64,000 nucleotides of DNA from a bacterium (lineage in GTDB: Bacteria; Patescibacteriota; UBA1384; CAILIB01): assembly GCA_037131105.1 (NCBI GenBank), contig JBAXRQ010000001.1:560589-624588 (forward strand). Reading direction: 5' to 3'. The position numbers and the translations under genes are program-made. Position 1 is the stretch's first letter. Every line of letters begins with the position of its first letter. Of this stretch, positions 37,043 to 46,139 are shown piece after piece. The notes beneath the pieces are model-generated. The model worked only from the letters and a program-made list of their open reading frames with translations. It searched no databases and was not told the origin of the DNA.

Positions 37043-37220
37043 TCTAATTCTCCTTGGAATCTCATATTGTCAAAGGCGCCCCACCACAGGCATTCCTCTT
37101 AAAACTGTGGGACCTGACTACCGCTGTGCGGCACTGGCATTCGCCAGGAATGTCTCTTTATAGCCTAATTCTCTTATTTTGTCAATACCATAGCCTAATA
37201 TTTGTGGGTTACTTCACAGC

Positions 37221-37446
37221 AAAAAACCGGCCTTTCGGTCGGTTTTCCCTCACTCTCTTTTGTTGGGCTGATCTAGCCAGGAAAAGGGCGCGCGCGCAGA
37301 GACAGTCGGTTTATGTGGCATGTAGCCTAAGATCCCGTCTGTGTTGAGTTCTGCGAAGCAATCATCCGCAATTCCCAGCCAGGTCAGCCAAGCAAAATGT
37401 AAAAGTAAAAACAGCCCTTCTACCGTGGTCTAGCGTTGTCCTGTTC
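37221..37446 (-). ncRNA. Candidate standalone structured RNA (possibly 6S-like)
   Basis: Promoter TTGACA-17-TATAGT (37453-37481), terminator 37221-37246, no credible ORF, long imperfect stem 37263-37391. Confidence 0.55.
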
Positions 37447-37525
37447 TGAAGCACTATACAACACGATTATTGGCTTGTCAAGCCCCTTTCATACTTCTGC
37501 ATATATCTGCCCCCGACATCCATGT

Positions 37526-38467
37526 TCAGGACCGATACTGTCGATACCATTCAACAGTCTGTCGTACTCCCTCGGTAAAGTCGACCTGAGGGCTCCAATC
37601 CAGGTTAGAAGCCGCTTTCTCCACTGAAAGGCTCACTGCCATCAACTCACCAGGTCGAAGCGGCTCATATCGTGCCTCTAGGACATACCCTGTTGCCCCG
37701 CTAAGGGTGCGAAATACCTCGTTGGTAGAAGTGCCACGGCCGGTTCCAATATTAAAGGCCTCCCCGTCTCCCTCTCTCAGGGCAGCCGTATTAGCAGCTG
37801 CTACGTCACTGACGAATATATAGTCCCTGAGGGGAGTACCGTCACCAAACACTGTAACCGGCTGACTGTGCAGCATGCGCTCGGTAAAAATAGCGCAAAC
37901 GCCTACCTCACCATGCGGGTCTTGACGAGGACCATAGACATTGCCATATCGCAAAACAGTAGCCCTAAGCCCATATATGTCAGCATACAACCAAACATAA
38001 CGCTCTGCTGTGTATTTAGAAAGACCGTAAGGTGAAGTAGGTGAGGCCGGAGTGTCCTCAAGGGTGGGAAGAGTCTCGGCGACGCCGTACATAGTGCCAC
38101 CGCTCGCCGAATAGATGACCTTGGACTGAGGCGACTCAGTACGAACTGCTTCCAGGATATTTACCGTACCCAGCACATTCAGTGTCAGGTCATCGAGAGG
38201 TCGCATGGAGGATATAGCTACTGAGACTTGGGCGGCATGATGGCTGACCACATCGGGCCGAACCTGAGTCATCACCGACTTGAGAAAGTCTAGGTCACGT
38301 ATGTCTCCTTCTCGAACTGTCAGGCCGACTCGTCCCTCGTTTCCCAGGTTCTCCCGCTTTCCGGTAGAAAAGTCATCGATTACCGTCACCTCATGACCAG
38401 CTTTCAGATAAGCATCCACCACATGTGAACCAATAAATCCAGCTCCTCCAGTAACTACGATCTTCAT
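37526..38467 (-). CDS. UDP-glucose 4-epimerase-like SDR
   Basis: MKIVVTGGAGFIGSH, HHAAQVSV, SPYGLSK, RYGNVYGPRQ. Confidence 0.9.
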   Translation of the reverse strand: MKIVVTGGAGFIGSHVVDAYLKAGHEVTVIDDFSTGKRENLGNEGRVGLTVREGDIRDLDFLKSVMTQVRPDVVSHHAAQVSVAISSMRPLDDLTLNVLGTVNILEAVRTESPQSKVIYSASGGTMYGVAETLPTLEDTPASPTSPYGLSKYTAERYVWLYADIYGLRATVLRYGNVYGPRQDPHGEVGVCAIFTERMLHSQPVTVFGDGTPLRDYIFVSDVAAANTAALREGDGEAFNIGTGRGTSTNEVFRTLSGATGYVLEARYEPLRPGELMAVSLSVEKAASNLDWSPQVDFTEGVRQTVEWYRQYRS

Positions 38468-38477
38468 ATAGTGTAAG

Positions 38478-39872
38478 TTAGAGTGGGTAGACCTGGCCGA
38501 CACCCTCACTGTCGCGCACGGCATAGCCGGCTTTTTCAATCTCAAGGCGAAGCTGGTCGGCTACCTCCCACTCTCTAGCTGTCCGAGCCACATCCCGCTG
38601 TTGGGCTAACTCCCTGACGTTCTCTGGTACAGTCATGCTGGGCGCTTCATACGTACCACCCAGGCCCAGGGACAGAATCGGCTCAAACGACTCAACCACC
38701 ATCCTCTTCCCAGCAGGTTCAAGGTCGGACTGAAATGCTTCCCAGATCACCGCCATAAGCTGTGAGGTGTTAAGGTCGTCGGCAAGGGCGGCACTCCCAC
38801 GCTCAATCAGACTCTCCACATCTGGGCCGGTAGCGCCTTTTTCAGGAAGATCTGCCGTTAGCCGTCTCAGACGTTCTAAACTCTTCTGGGCAGCCTCAAT
38901 AGCCTCCCAGGTGAAGTTAAGCTTGCTTCGATAGCCGGCCGAATAAGTGAAGATACGAAAAGCCAACGGGTCTATCTTTCTTTCTACCAGATCAGCAACG
39001 GTGTAAAAGTTTCCCAGTGACTTACTCATCTTGCCACCGTCAACTAGGAGAAAGTCAGTATGTAGCCATTCCTTGGCCAATGGCTTTCCAGTAAGCGACT
39101 CGCTCTGAGCAATCTCATTGACGTGGTGGACCGGTATATGGTCGGTGCCGCCGCAATGAATGTCGATCTCATCCCCCAGTTGGTCGCGGATAATGGCCGA
39201 GCATTCGATATGCCAACCTGGAAATCCGGTGCCCCAAGGACTCTCCCACTCCATATCGCGTTTTCCGGGCGGCCTTGAGAACTTCCACAGAGCAAAGTCA
39301 GTCACTCTTCGTTTTCCCTCTGCCATCTCGACTCGGGCTCCTGCTTGCAAGCCTTCTAGATCAAGCCTGGCAAGTCGGCCATAATCAGAGACCTTTGAGC
39401 TATCAAAGTAGACACCGTCCTCAATAGTATAGGTGAGCCCTTTCTCTTCCAGCCCCTTGATAAAGGCGACCTGCTGAGTAATGGTGTCAGTGGCTCTGAT
39501 CAGGCGAGTGGGACGCTCTATATGTAGCTGGTCAAGGTCGGCTAGAAAAATTCCCTCATAGCGTTTGGCCACGTCCCAGGCAGTAAGTCCTTCGCGACGT
39601 GCCCCGACCTCCATCTTGTCCTCCCCTTCGTCCTCATCTGAAGTAAGATGCCCCACGTCAGTGATGTTCATCACCCGATCAACCTCGTAGCCAAAAAAGC
39701 GCAAGGTCTTTACCAATACGTCCTCATAGATATAGGTCCGGTAATTTCCAACGTGTTGGTTATTGTACACCGTCGGTCCACAGGTGTAGATGGCGACCCG
39801 ATCTCCAGTAAGTGGTACGAGCGGCTCCACCGAGCGACTCATCGTGTTATAGAGAGAGATAGGCCGCGCCAT
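38478..39872 (-). CDS. cysS: Cysteinyl-tRNA synthetase
   Basis: YTCGPTVY..HVGN, DFALWK, PGWHIECS, KMSKSLGN. Confidence 0.97.
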   Translation of the reverse strand: MARPISLYNTMSRSVEPLVPLTGDRVAIYTCGPTVYNNQHVGNYRTYIYEDVLVKTLRFFGYEVDRVMNITDVGHLTSDEDEGEDKMEVGARREGLTAWDVAKRYEGIFLADLDQLHIERPTRLIRATDTITQQVAFIKGLEEKGLTYTIEDGVYFDSSKVSDYGRLARLDLEGLQAGARVEMAEGKRRVTDFALWKFSRPPGKRDMEWESPWGTGFPGWHIECSAIIRDQLGDEIDIHCGGTDHIPVHHVNEIAQSESLTGKPLAKEWLHTDFLLVDGGKMSKSLGNFYTVADLVERKIDPLAFRIFTYSAGYRSKLNFTWEAIEAAQKSLERLRRLTADLPEKGATGPDVESLIERGSAALADDLNTSQLMAVIWEAFQSDLEPAGKRMVVESFEPILSLGLGGTYEAPSMTVPENVRELAQQRDVARTAREWEVADQLRLEIEKAGYAVRDSEGVGQVYPL

Positions 39873-39874
39873 AT

Positions 39875-40141
39875 CTAAATACTACCTGGGTCGAACAGAT
39901 CGTCAGGCTCCAGGTCCTTCTCAATGAGTTGACTGGGCAACATCTTCACCTTGGCTGGCTCTTCCTCAATGATCACCTTCTTTATCTCGCGCTCGATCTC
40001 AGGATCAAGCTCAGGCGTGGCCGGAGTATGGGAAGACTCATCATGCTCCTCGGCGGGGCCCGTCTCCTCAGGGTCTACGTCCAGGGGCATGATCTGCTCA
40101 TCCAGCTGCTCGTCATGCTCGTCGTTCGCTACATCACTCAT
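39875..40141 (-). CDS. Small acidic hypothetical protein
   Basis: Fills the recR-cysS gap in the same orientation. Confidence 0.55.
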   Translation of the reverse strand: MSDVANDEHDEQLDEQIMPLDVDPEETGPAEEHDESSHTPATPELDPEIEREIKKVIIEEEPAKVKMLPSQLIEKDLEPDDLFDPGSI

Positions 40142-40162
40142 ATGCGGTATATCAGGAAAGGC

Positions 40163-40801
40163 TTATAAAGTTGGCCCCATGCTTTTTCGTCCCTCCATCG
40201 CCCTCTGAAGAGTAGTAGGATCTGCGTACTCCAAATCACTTCCCATAGGCAGCCCGCGGGCGATGCGGGTTACTACTACTGTTCCATCTTCGACGAGCGA
40301 CTGCAAGAGCTGACCGATATACATTGATGTGGCCTCCCCTTCCAAAGAAGGATTCGTGGCAAGGATTACCTCGAGTTTGTGTCCCTCGGATACAGCTAAG
40401 CGTATACGCGTCTCAAGAAGCCCCACCCTTAGCTGGTCAGGACCGATGCCGTCGATAGGTGAAAGCGCTCCACCGAGGACATGGTAGAGGCCATGGAAAC
40501 TACCGGTTCTCTCAAGAGCGATTACATCCAAGGGACCCTCCACTACACAAATGAGGTCAGGGTTGCGCTGACCGTCCTGGCAGACGCTACAGAGATCATG
40601 CTCGGAGATATTTCCACACTGCTTGCAGTCCTGCAGACCGTGCCGAATCCCGTCTAGGGCATCAACGAAGCGTGCCACATCATAGTCCGACTTCTGCAGA
40701 AGATGAAAGGTGAGGCGTGAGGCCATCTTTGATCCTATCCCTGGCAACCGGCCGAAGGTATCGATCAGATTCTGGACTGAAGTCGGGAGCTTTGCGGACA
40801 T
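40163..40801 (-). CDS. recR: Recombination mediator RecR
   Basis: LPGIG.K.A.RL, C4 zinc finger, YHVLGG.LSP.DG, EGEAT, RIARGLPMG. Confidence 0.97.
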   Translation of the reverse strand: MSAKLPTSVQNLIDTFGRLPGIGSKMASRLTFHLLQKSDYDVARFVDALDGIRHGLQDCKQCGNISEHDLCSVCQDGQRNPDLICVVEGPLDVIALERTGSFHGLYHVLGGALSPIDGIGPDQLRVGLLETRIRLAVSEGHKLEVILATNPSLEGEATSMYIGQLLQSLVEDGTVVVTRIARGLPMGSDLEYADPTTLQRAMEGRKSMGPTL

Positions 40802-40834
40802 GAAAATAGTATACTAGAGCCCATCTCGTAATTA

Positions 40835-42892
40835 CTAGGCTTCCTCAGCGGCAGCTACCGGCGGCGGAAGTTCGGCAAAAGCAGCGAGGGACTGCTCCTT
40901 GAAGGGAAGGACGGTGCCCTCAGCCTCAAGATCCTCAATCTTCTTAGGTAGCTGTTCTTTCTTCCAGACTGCTACCTTGCAATCAGGGTACCCACTACAA
41001 CCGTAGAACATACCACGACGAGCCCGCTTCTCAGTCAGAGCCTTACCACAAAGGGGGCAGATAAGTCCGCTTGGCTCGGCTACACTCAGTGGCAGTGTGG
41101 TCTTGCAGTCTGGAAATTTGGTACAGGCCAGGAACTTACCGAAGCGTCCACGCTTTACTAGCATCTCCGATCCACAAGTAGGACACACCACATCGCTCTT
41201 TTCGGTGGTGTCGACCTTCTCAATCTTGTCCACTTCGGTCTCCACCTGGGCATGGAAAGGTTTCCAGAATTCGGAAAGCACATCGGCATAAGCAGCTTCG
41301 CCGTCAGCAACACTATCAAGCTTCTCTTCCATGCTGGCCGTAAAGGTGACATCCACAATGTCAGGGAAGTGCTTTACCAGCATATCAGTGACCAGGAAAC
41401 CAACTTCCTGTGGTGCCAGGCGACGCTGCTCTGAAAGCACATATCCGCGTTGCATAAGGGTGTCGATAGTGGGGGCGTACGTGGAAGGCCGGCCAATCCC
41501 CTGCTCTTCCAGGGCCTTGATGAGAGATGCTTCCGTATAACGTGGAGGCGGCTCAGTGAAATGCTGTTCAGGCTGCAGTTCCTTTAGATCGACAGCTTGT
41601 CCAGGAGTAAGGGCTGGCAAGATATTTTCATCTTTGTCATCTTTCTCCATTACCGCCATAAATCCGGGAAAGACAATACGCTGACCAGTGGCTCGGAATA
41701 CCGCCTTGCCTGCTTCGATAATCGCCACCGTCTGCTCAAGCTCAGCATCAGTCATCTGACTGGCTAAGGCGCGGCGACGAATCAGGTCATACACCTTCTG
41801 GGTTGCCGGCTCCCCTCCGATATCAGCACCGGTGCGAGTAGGATCGGTAGGACGGATGGCTTCGTGGGCCTCCTGGGCGTTCTTGGACTTCGCCTGGTAT
41901 GTATTAGGCTTGACAGGAAGATATTTGGCACCATACTCATCCTTTATATGGCCCCGTATAGCCTCCAGAGCCGTCTCTGAAAGTGCTACCGAGTCAGTAC
42001 GCATATAGGTGATGTCACCCGCCTCGTAGAGGCGCTGGGCAATCTGCATCACCCGCTTGGCGGAAAGGCCAAGCTTGTTTACCCCATCCTGCTGGAAGCT
42101 GGAGGTAGTATAGGGAGCAGCGGGCTTGCGCTTGGTCGGCTTGCTTTCAACTGAGACTACTGTATAGGTAGCCTTTTCCAAGGACTTCACTATGGTGTCC
42201 ACTTCAGCAGCAGCAGACAAGGTCATCTTCTCAATCTTCTTGCCATCATATACAGAAAGGCCGGCAGTAAACTCAGCCTTCTGTTTAGGCTCATTGAGCA
42301 AAGCCTTTAAGCTCCAATACTCTTCAGGCTTAAAAGCCAGGCGCTCTCGCTCACGATCCACGATGATACGGAGGGCAACAGACTGCACGCGTCCAGCAGA
42401 AAGACCCTTATAGAGCTTCTTCCAAAGCACGGGTGAGAGCGTATACCCAACCAGGCGATCCAGAACGCGCCGGGCCTGCTGGGCGTCAATAAGCTGGAGA
42501 TTCAAAACGCCCGGATGCTCTATGGCCTTCAGAATGGCAGGCTTAGTGATCTCATCAAAGGTGATGCGGGAAACCTTTATGTCCTGCTTCTCCAGGTCAA
42601 GAGCCTGACTGATATGCCATGCAATTGCCTCACCTTCGCGGTCCAAGTCTGTCGCCAGAAAAACGCTCGTCTTACCCTTAAGAGCTTCTTTCAACGCCTT
42701 AAGCGTCTTGCGTGCCTTGGGGGGAATGACATAGCTAGGCACGAAGTTGTCCTCAACATCTACTCCCAGCTTGGAAGCAGGTAGATCGCGAACATGACCC
42801 ATGCTGGCAACGACCTTGTAGTCGGAGCCAAGGTATTTCTCAATTGTACCCGCTTTGGCGGGAGACTCGACGATTACAAGATGCTTTGCCAT
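40835..42892 (-). CDS. topA: DNA topoisomerase I
   Basis: LVIVESPAKA, ATDLDREGEAI, SAGRVQS, ITYMRTDS, two C4 zinc ribbons. Confidence 0.97.
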   Translation of the reverse strand: MAKHLVIVESPAKAGTIEKYLGSDYKVVASMGHVRDLPASKLGVDVEDNFVPSYVIPPKARKTLKALKEALKGKTSVFLATDLDREGEAIAWHISQALDLEKQDIKVSRITFDEITKPAILKAIEHPGVLNLQLIDAQQARRVLDRLVGYTLSPVLWKKLYKGLSAGRVQSVALRIIVDRERERLAFKPEEYWSLKALLNEPKQKAEFTAGLSVYDGKKIEKMTLSAAAEVDTIVKSLEKATYTVVSVESKPTKRKPAAPYTTSSFQQDGVNKLGLSAKRVMQIAQRLYEAGDITYMRTDSVALSETALEAIRGHIKDEYGAKYLPVKPNTYQAKSKNAQEAHEAIRPTDPTRTGADIGGEPATQKVYDLIRRRALASQMTDAELEQTVAIIEAGKAVFRATGQRIVFPGFMAVMEKDDKDENILPALTPGQAVDLKELQPEQHFTEPPPRYTEASLIKALEEQGIGRPSTYAPTIDTLMQRGYVLSEQRRLAPQEVGFLVTDMLVKHFPDIVDVTFTASMEEKLDSVADGEAAYADVLSEFWKPFHAQVETEVDKIEKVDTTEKSDVVCPTCGSEMLVKRGRFGKFLACTKFPDCKTTLPLSVAEPSGLICPLCGKALTEKRARRGMFYGCSGYPDCKVAVWKKEQLPKKIEDLEAEGTVLPFKEQSLAAFAELPPPVAAAEEA

Positions 42893-43743
42893 TGGGTGCC
42901 GTTACAGTAGATATATCCGTCCAGTTCCAATACGGAAAGGACGCTGCGCAGTTCGGAGATACTGAGTCCGCTGCGCGCGGAGAGCAGGTTGGCTTCGTTA
43001 CAGCCATGCGAGATCAAATCATACAGAGTTGCAGGCGTACCTGTCAAGGCTGGCTGGAGTCGCAACGGTGTAACCGTGGGCAGTGCCTTGGTATAAAGCT
43101 CCAGAATGTCCTCAACCGATCCTACCGGATGGGCTCCCTGCTTCAATAGACTGAGAATTCCCCGGCTTTGCTCCCGGGTGACATCTCCAGGAACTACACA
43201 GACCTCTCGTCCCGCCTCAAGGGCAAACCGGGCGGTAATGAGGGTGCCCGATTGTTCGCCCGCCTCTATTATAAGGGTCACGGGGCTTAGTGCCGCAACT
43301 ATCCGATTTCGAGCCGGAAAATGATAGCTCTGGGGACCGGTTCCCAGCGGGTATTCACTGAAAGCGCAGCCGCCTGACTCCAGGATCTTACCATACAAGC
43401 CGACATTGCGCTGAGGATACGGTCGGTCAAGGCCGCTCCCCAGTACTACCACACACTTCCCCTCGTTCTGAAGAGCCACCGAATGGGCGTACCCGTCCAC
43501 ACCATATGCCAGGCCAGAGACAATGACCAGCCCGCTACGCACGAGCCCTGGGACCAACTGACGCACCATCCGCTCCCCATAGTCACTCACCCGTCGACTA
43601 CCGATGATACTTATCGAAGGCAGTTCGCATAGTGTAACTTCGCCAGATGCGTAGAGGAGCTTAGGATGCCCCTTGCTTTCCCGTAACAGCACCGGATATC
43701 TCTCGTTTTCAGAGTTAAGGGTATATACGGGGGGATAGAGCAT
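42874..43743 (-). CDS. dprA: DNA-processing protein DprA
   Basis: IIGSR, VSGLAYGVD, FPARNRIVA, SGTLITA. Confidence 0.95.
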   Translation of the reverse strand: MLYPPVYTLNSENERYPVLLRESKGHPKLLYASGEVTLCELPSISIIGSRRVSDYGERMVRQLVPGLVRSGLVIVSGLAYGVDGYAHSVALQNEGKCVVVLGSGLDRPYPQRNVGLYGKILESGGCAFSEYPLGTGPQSYHFPARNRIVAALSPVTLIIEAGEQSGTLITARFALEAGREVCVVPGDVTREQSRGILSLLKQGAHPVGSVEDILELYTKALPTVTPLRLQPALTGTPATLYDLISHGCNEANLLSARSGLSISELRSVLSVLELDGYIYCNGTQWQSIL

Positions 43744-43784
43744 ATATCCGGTATATCCCCTGCCACTCCCATGGGCAACCTAGT

Positions 43785-45713
43785 TTACTCTTCAGAAGAA
43801 TGAAATAGCGGAATATGCAGCCTGCGAGCCTGTCTTCCGATCTCTTCCTGTAACAACTGGCTATACAGCAGCAGCCCTATCGACTCCATGTTGCCGTGCT
43901 GCTCATGACCCAGGATATTGCCACCACCGCGTATCTCAAGGTCCCGCAAGGCAATAGACCAGCCGCTACCCAAGGTATCTGCCTCCATAAGTGCCTCAAG
44001 CCTTCTACGGGCGTTCTCTGTAGTCGTAAGCACCTCAGGTTGCAGCTCATAGCCGGCCCTCTCTACCCCGCCCACCATAAAGTAAGCAAAAGCCTGGGTA
44101 CGGCGGCGGCCTACCCGTCCGCGCAGCTGATACAGGTCGGAAAGGCCGAACCACTCGCTATGGAGTACAACGAGCGTATTGGCACTCGGACTATCTAGTC
44201 CGTATTCAACGATGCTTGAAGCCACCAGCACATCGATTTCACCCGCCAAAAACAGGCTCATCGCCTCAGCCAGGGCGTTTTCCCCCATCTGGCCGTGGGC
44301 CATGCAGATCACTACCTCCCCTTTTGACTTAGTACTGGCCCGGGCGCCGTCGGCAAAGTACGTAGACTTCAATCCCCCGGCAGTAAGGATAGTAGATACA
44401 CGCTCTAACACGAGCGGCAATGACTGTACCCGATTGTGAACCACATAGGTCTGGCCGCCACGTTTGATTTCCGCCAGCATGGCCTTTCCCAACACTTTGT
44501 CCTGGTAGGGACCCACCTCAGTCGTGACCGGGAGGCGGCCCTGGGGAGGCGTACGAAGTATGCTGAGGCTTCTTAGACCCGAAAGACTCATCGAAAGCGT
44601 ACGGGGAATTGGCGTGGCTGACAGCGAAAGCACGTCGATACTTGGGCGAAGCTCCTTAAGACGCTCCTTTTGTCCGACGCCGAACTTCTGCTCCTCATCC
44701 AGGATAAGCAGACCAAGGTCCTTGAACTGGACGTCCTTCCCCAGCAGTCTATGAGTGCCGATGACTAAATCCACACTACCATCAGCAAGCCCAGGCAATA
44801 CCGCCTGGTTTTTAGTCCCCGTGAGTCGTGAGATATGCCCCACCTTCACTGGCAGATCTGCGAATCGCTTTTCCAGAACCACGTAATGCTGCTCAGCCAG
44901 GACCGTAGTAGGTGCGACAAGGGCCACCTGCTTGCCCGAGGCTATGACCTGGGCGGCCGCTCTCAGAGCCAGCTCGGTCTTACCAAAACCGACATCGCCG
45001 CAGATAAGCCTGTCCATAGGAAGCCTTCTGGCAAAATCCTTTTGCATTTCATCCCACGCCCGGGCCTGGTCTTCGGTCAGGTCAAAATCCACTTGGCTTT
45101 CTAGCACGTTCTGCCACTCTTCTGCATGGGGAAACGGTTCACGCTCAGTCAGCTGACGCTGGGCATAGATCTGTAAGAGCTGGCGGGCTATGGCAATCAG
45201 ATCCTTCTGGATACGCTCCTTCGTACGTAGCCAAGCCTTAGAGTACAGCCTGGTCAGTCGTGGGTGCCGACTACCAATATATGGCATCAGTTCCTTATAG
45301 CGATCGTAGGGAAACAGCAGCCGGTCGTTACCAGCGTACTGTAGGGAAACAAAGCGTTTTTCTCCCTCCGCAGACATACGTGTCTCTATCCGTTCAAAAA
45401 TACCTACTCCGTGGAACGGATGAACTACATATTCGCCGGGCCTAATCGTGCCATGCTCGGTCTCAATCTCATTAGCAACAACTTCGGGGGTAAGCTCAGT
45501 AAGATTCCAGTCACCCTCCTCACCTCGCTCCATCTTTTCTAGATCGGCGTCAAAGAAATGAAACCGATATGCCTTCGAAGCAGACACCGGCCACCAGCTG
45601 ACCGTATCTCCGCGCACTACGAAATCACCGGATTGGTGTATCCGGTCTACCTCCTGATATGAGTGCTTCCTTAGAAAAAGCAGTAACTCCGTGTACGATA
45701 GCATCCGGGCCAT
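43785..45713 (-). CDS. mfd: Shortened transcription-repair coupling factor (Mfd-like)
   Basis: UvrA-binding-like N-terminal segment, CarD-like RID (GEYVVHPFHGVG), CGDVGFGKTE, DEEQKFG, QLRGRVGR, DLEIRGGGNILG; no C-terminal D7 domain. Confidence 0.88.
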   Translation of the reverse strand: MARMLSYTELLLFLRKHSYQEVDRIHQSGDFVVRGDTVSWWPVSASKAYRFHFFDADLEKMERGEEGDWNLTELTPEVVANEIETEHGTIRPGEYVVHPFHGVGIFERIETRMSAEGEKRFVSLQYAGNDRLLFPYDRYKELMPYIGSRHPRLTRLYSKAWLRTKERIQKDLIAIARQLLQIYAQRQLTEREPFPHAEEWQNVLESQVDFDLTEDQARAWDEMQKDFARRLPMDRLICGDVGFGKTELALRAAAQVIASGKQVALVAPTTVLAEQHYVVLEKRFADLPVKVGHISRLTGTKNQAVLPGLADGSVDLVIGTHRLLGKDVQFKDLGLLILDEEQKFGVGQKERLKELRPSIDVLSLSATPIPRTLSMSLSGLRSLSILRTPPQGRLPVTTEVGPYQDKVLGKAMLAEIKRGGQTYVVHNRVQSLPLVLERVSTILTAGGLKSTYFADGARASTKSKGEVVICMAHGQMGENALAEAMSLFLAGEIDVLVASSIVEYGLDSPSANTLVVLHSEWFGLSDLYQLRGRVGRRRTQAFAYFMVGGVERAGYELQPEVLTTTENARRRLEALMEADTLGSGWSIALRDLEIRGGGNILGHEQHGNMESIGLLLYSQLLQEEIGRQARRLHIPLFHSSEE

Positions 45714-45806
45714 AGTAGCATTAGATGGTCTTTCCTGAAAGTAGTAAGGGATATTTCCAATTGTATGAATACAGATTAATACTTCATATATATGATTAAA
45801 TATGAG

Positions 45807-45835
45807 TTGACAAGAAAAGTTGGCTATGGTAGTAT
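45807..45835 (+). promoter_or_regulatory. Sigma70 promoter of a candidate sRNA
   Basis: TTGACA-17-TAGTAT with extended TG; ATATGA direct repeats at 45790 and 45800. Confidence 0.7.
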
Positions 45836-45841
45836 CAGATC

Positions 45842-45984
45842 ATATTTGAGCGACCAGGTTGTCTATCTATCTACGCAGCCAACGATCTTTGCCCCTCCTT
45901 TGGATCGGGCCCGCAAGGGCCGGCACGTAGATAGATACATCACCTGGTCCAAGCACAAAAACACCGCCTTCAAGCGGTGTTTTT
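45842..45984 (+). ncRNA. Candidate sRNA: three-way junction with anti-SD loop
   Basis: gaccagg/cctggtc, tatctatctacg/cgtagatagata, cgatc-(tttgcccctcctttg)-gatcg, ggccc-GCAA-gggcc, then terminator. Confidence 0.65.
45957..45984. terminator. Bidirectional intrinsic terminator
   Basis: aaaaacaccgc-cttcaa-gcggtgttttt. Confidence 0.85.
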
Positions 45985-46020
45985 AGTTGCAAGCGGTAAA
46001 CGTGTCCGGTACAGATCCCG

Positions 46021-46139
46021 TAAACGTTTTCAGGGAGATGAATTTTGAGGAAGAAGTGAGTATTCGACCGAGGCGTACTGACGTACGTCGAGGAAGAAAC
46101 GGAGCTTCTGACAAAGAAATTCGCTCGCTGAAACGTTTA
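46021..46139. repeat. Structured palindromic intergenic element, copy B
   Basis: taaacgttt...aaacgttta outer IR; core shared with 12561-12683. Confidence 0.75.

Noticed and set aside
37084-37152. CUGGCGAA suggesting a ZTP (pfl) riboswitch
   Set aside because: The other conserved elements, such as the 3' CGCCUGGG hairpin, are missing
25877-42892. Genome-wide loss of metal-binding cysteines
   Set aside because: RecR, TopA, CysS, IleS, PilB and PilD all keep their Cys motifs; the loss is limited to TGT and the UvrD nuclease
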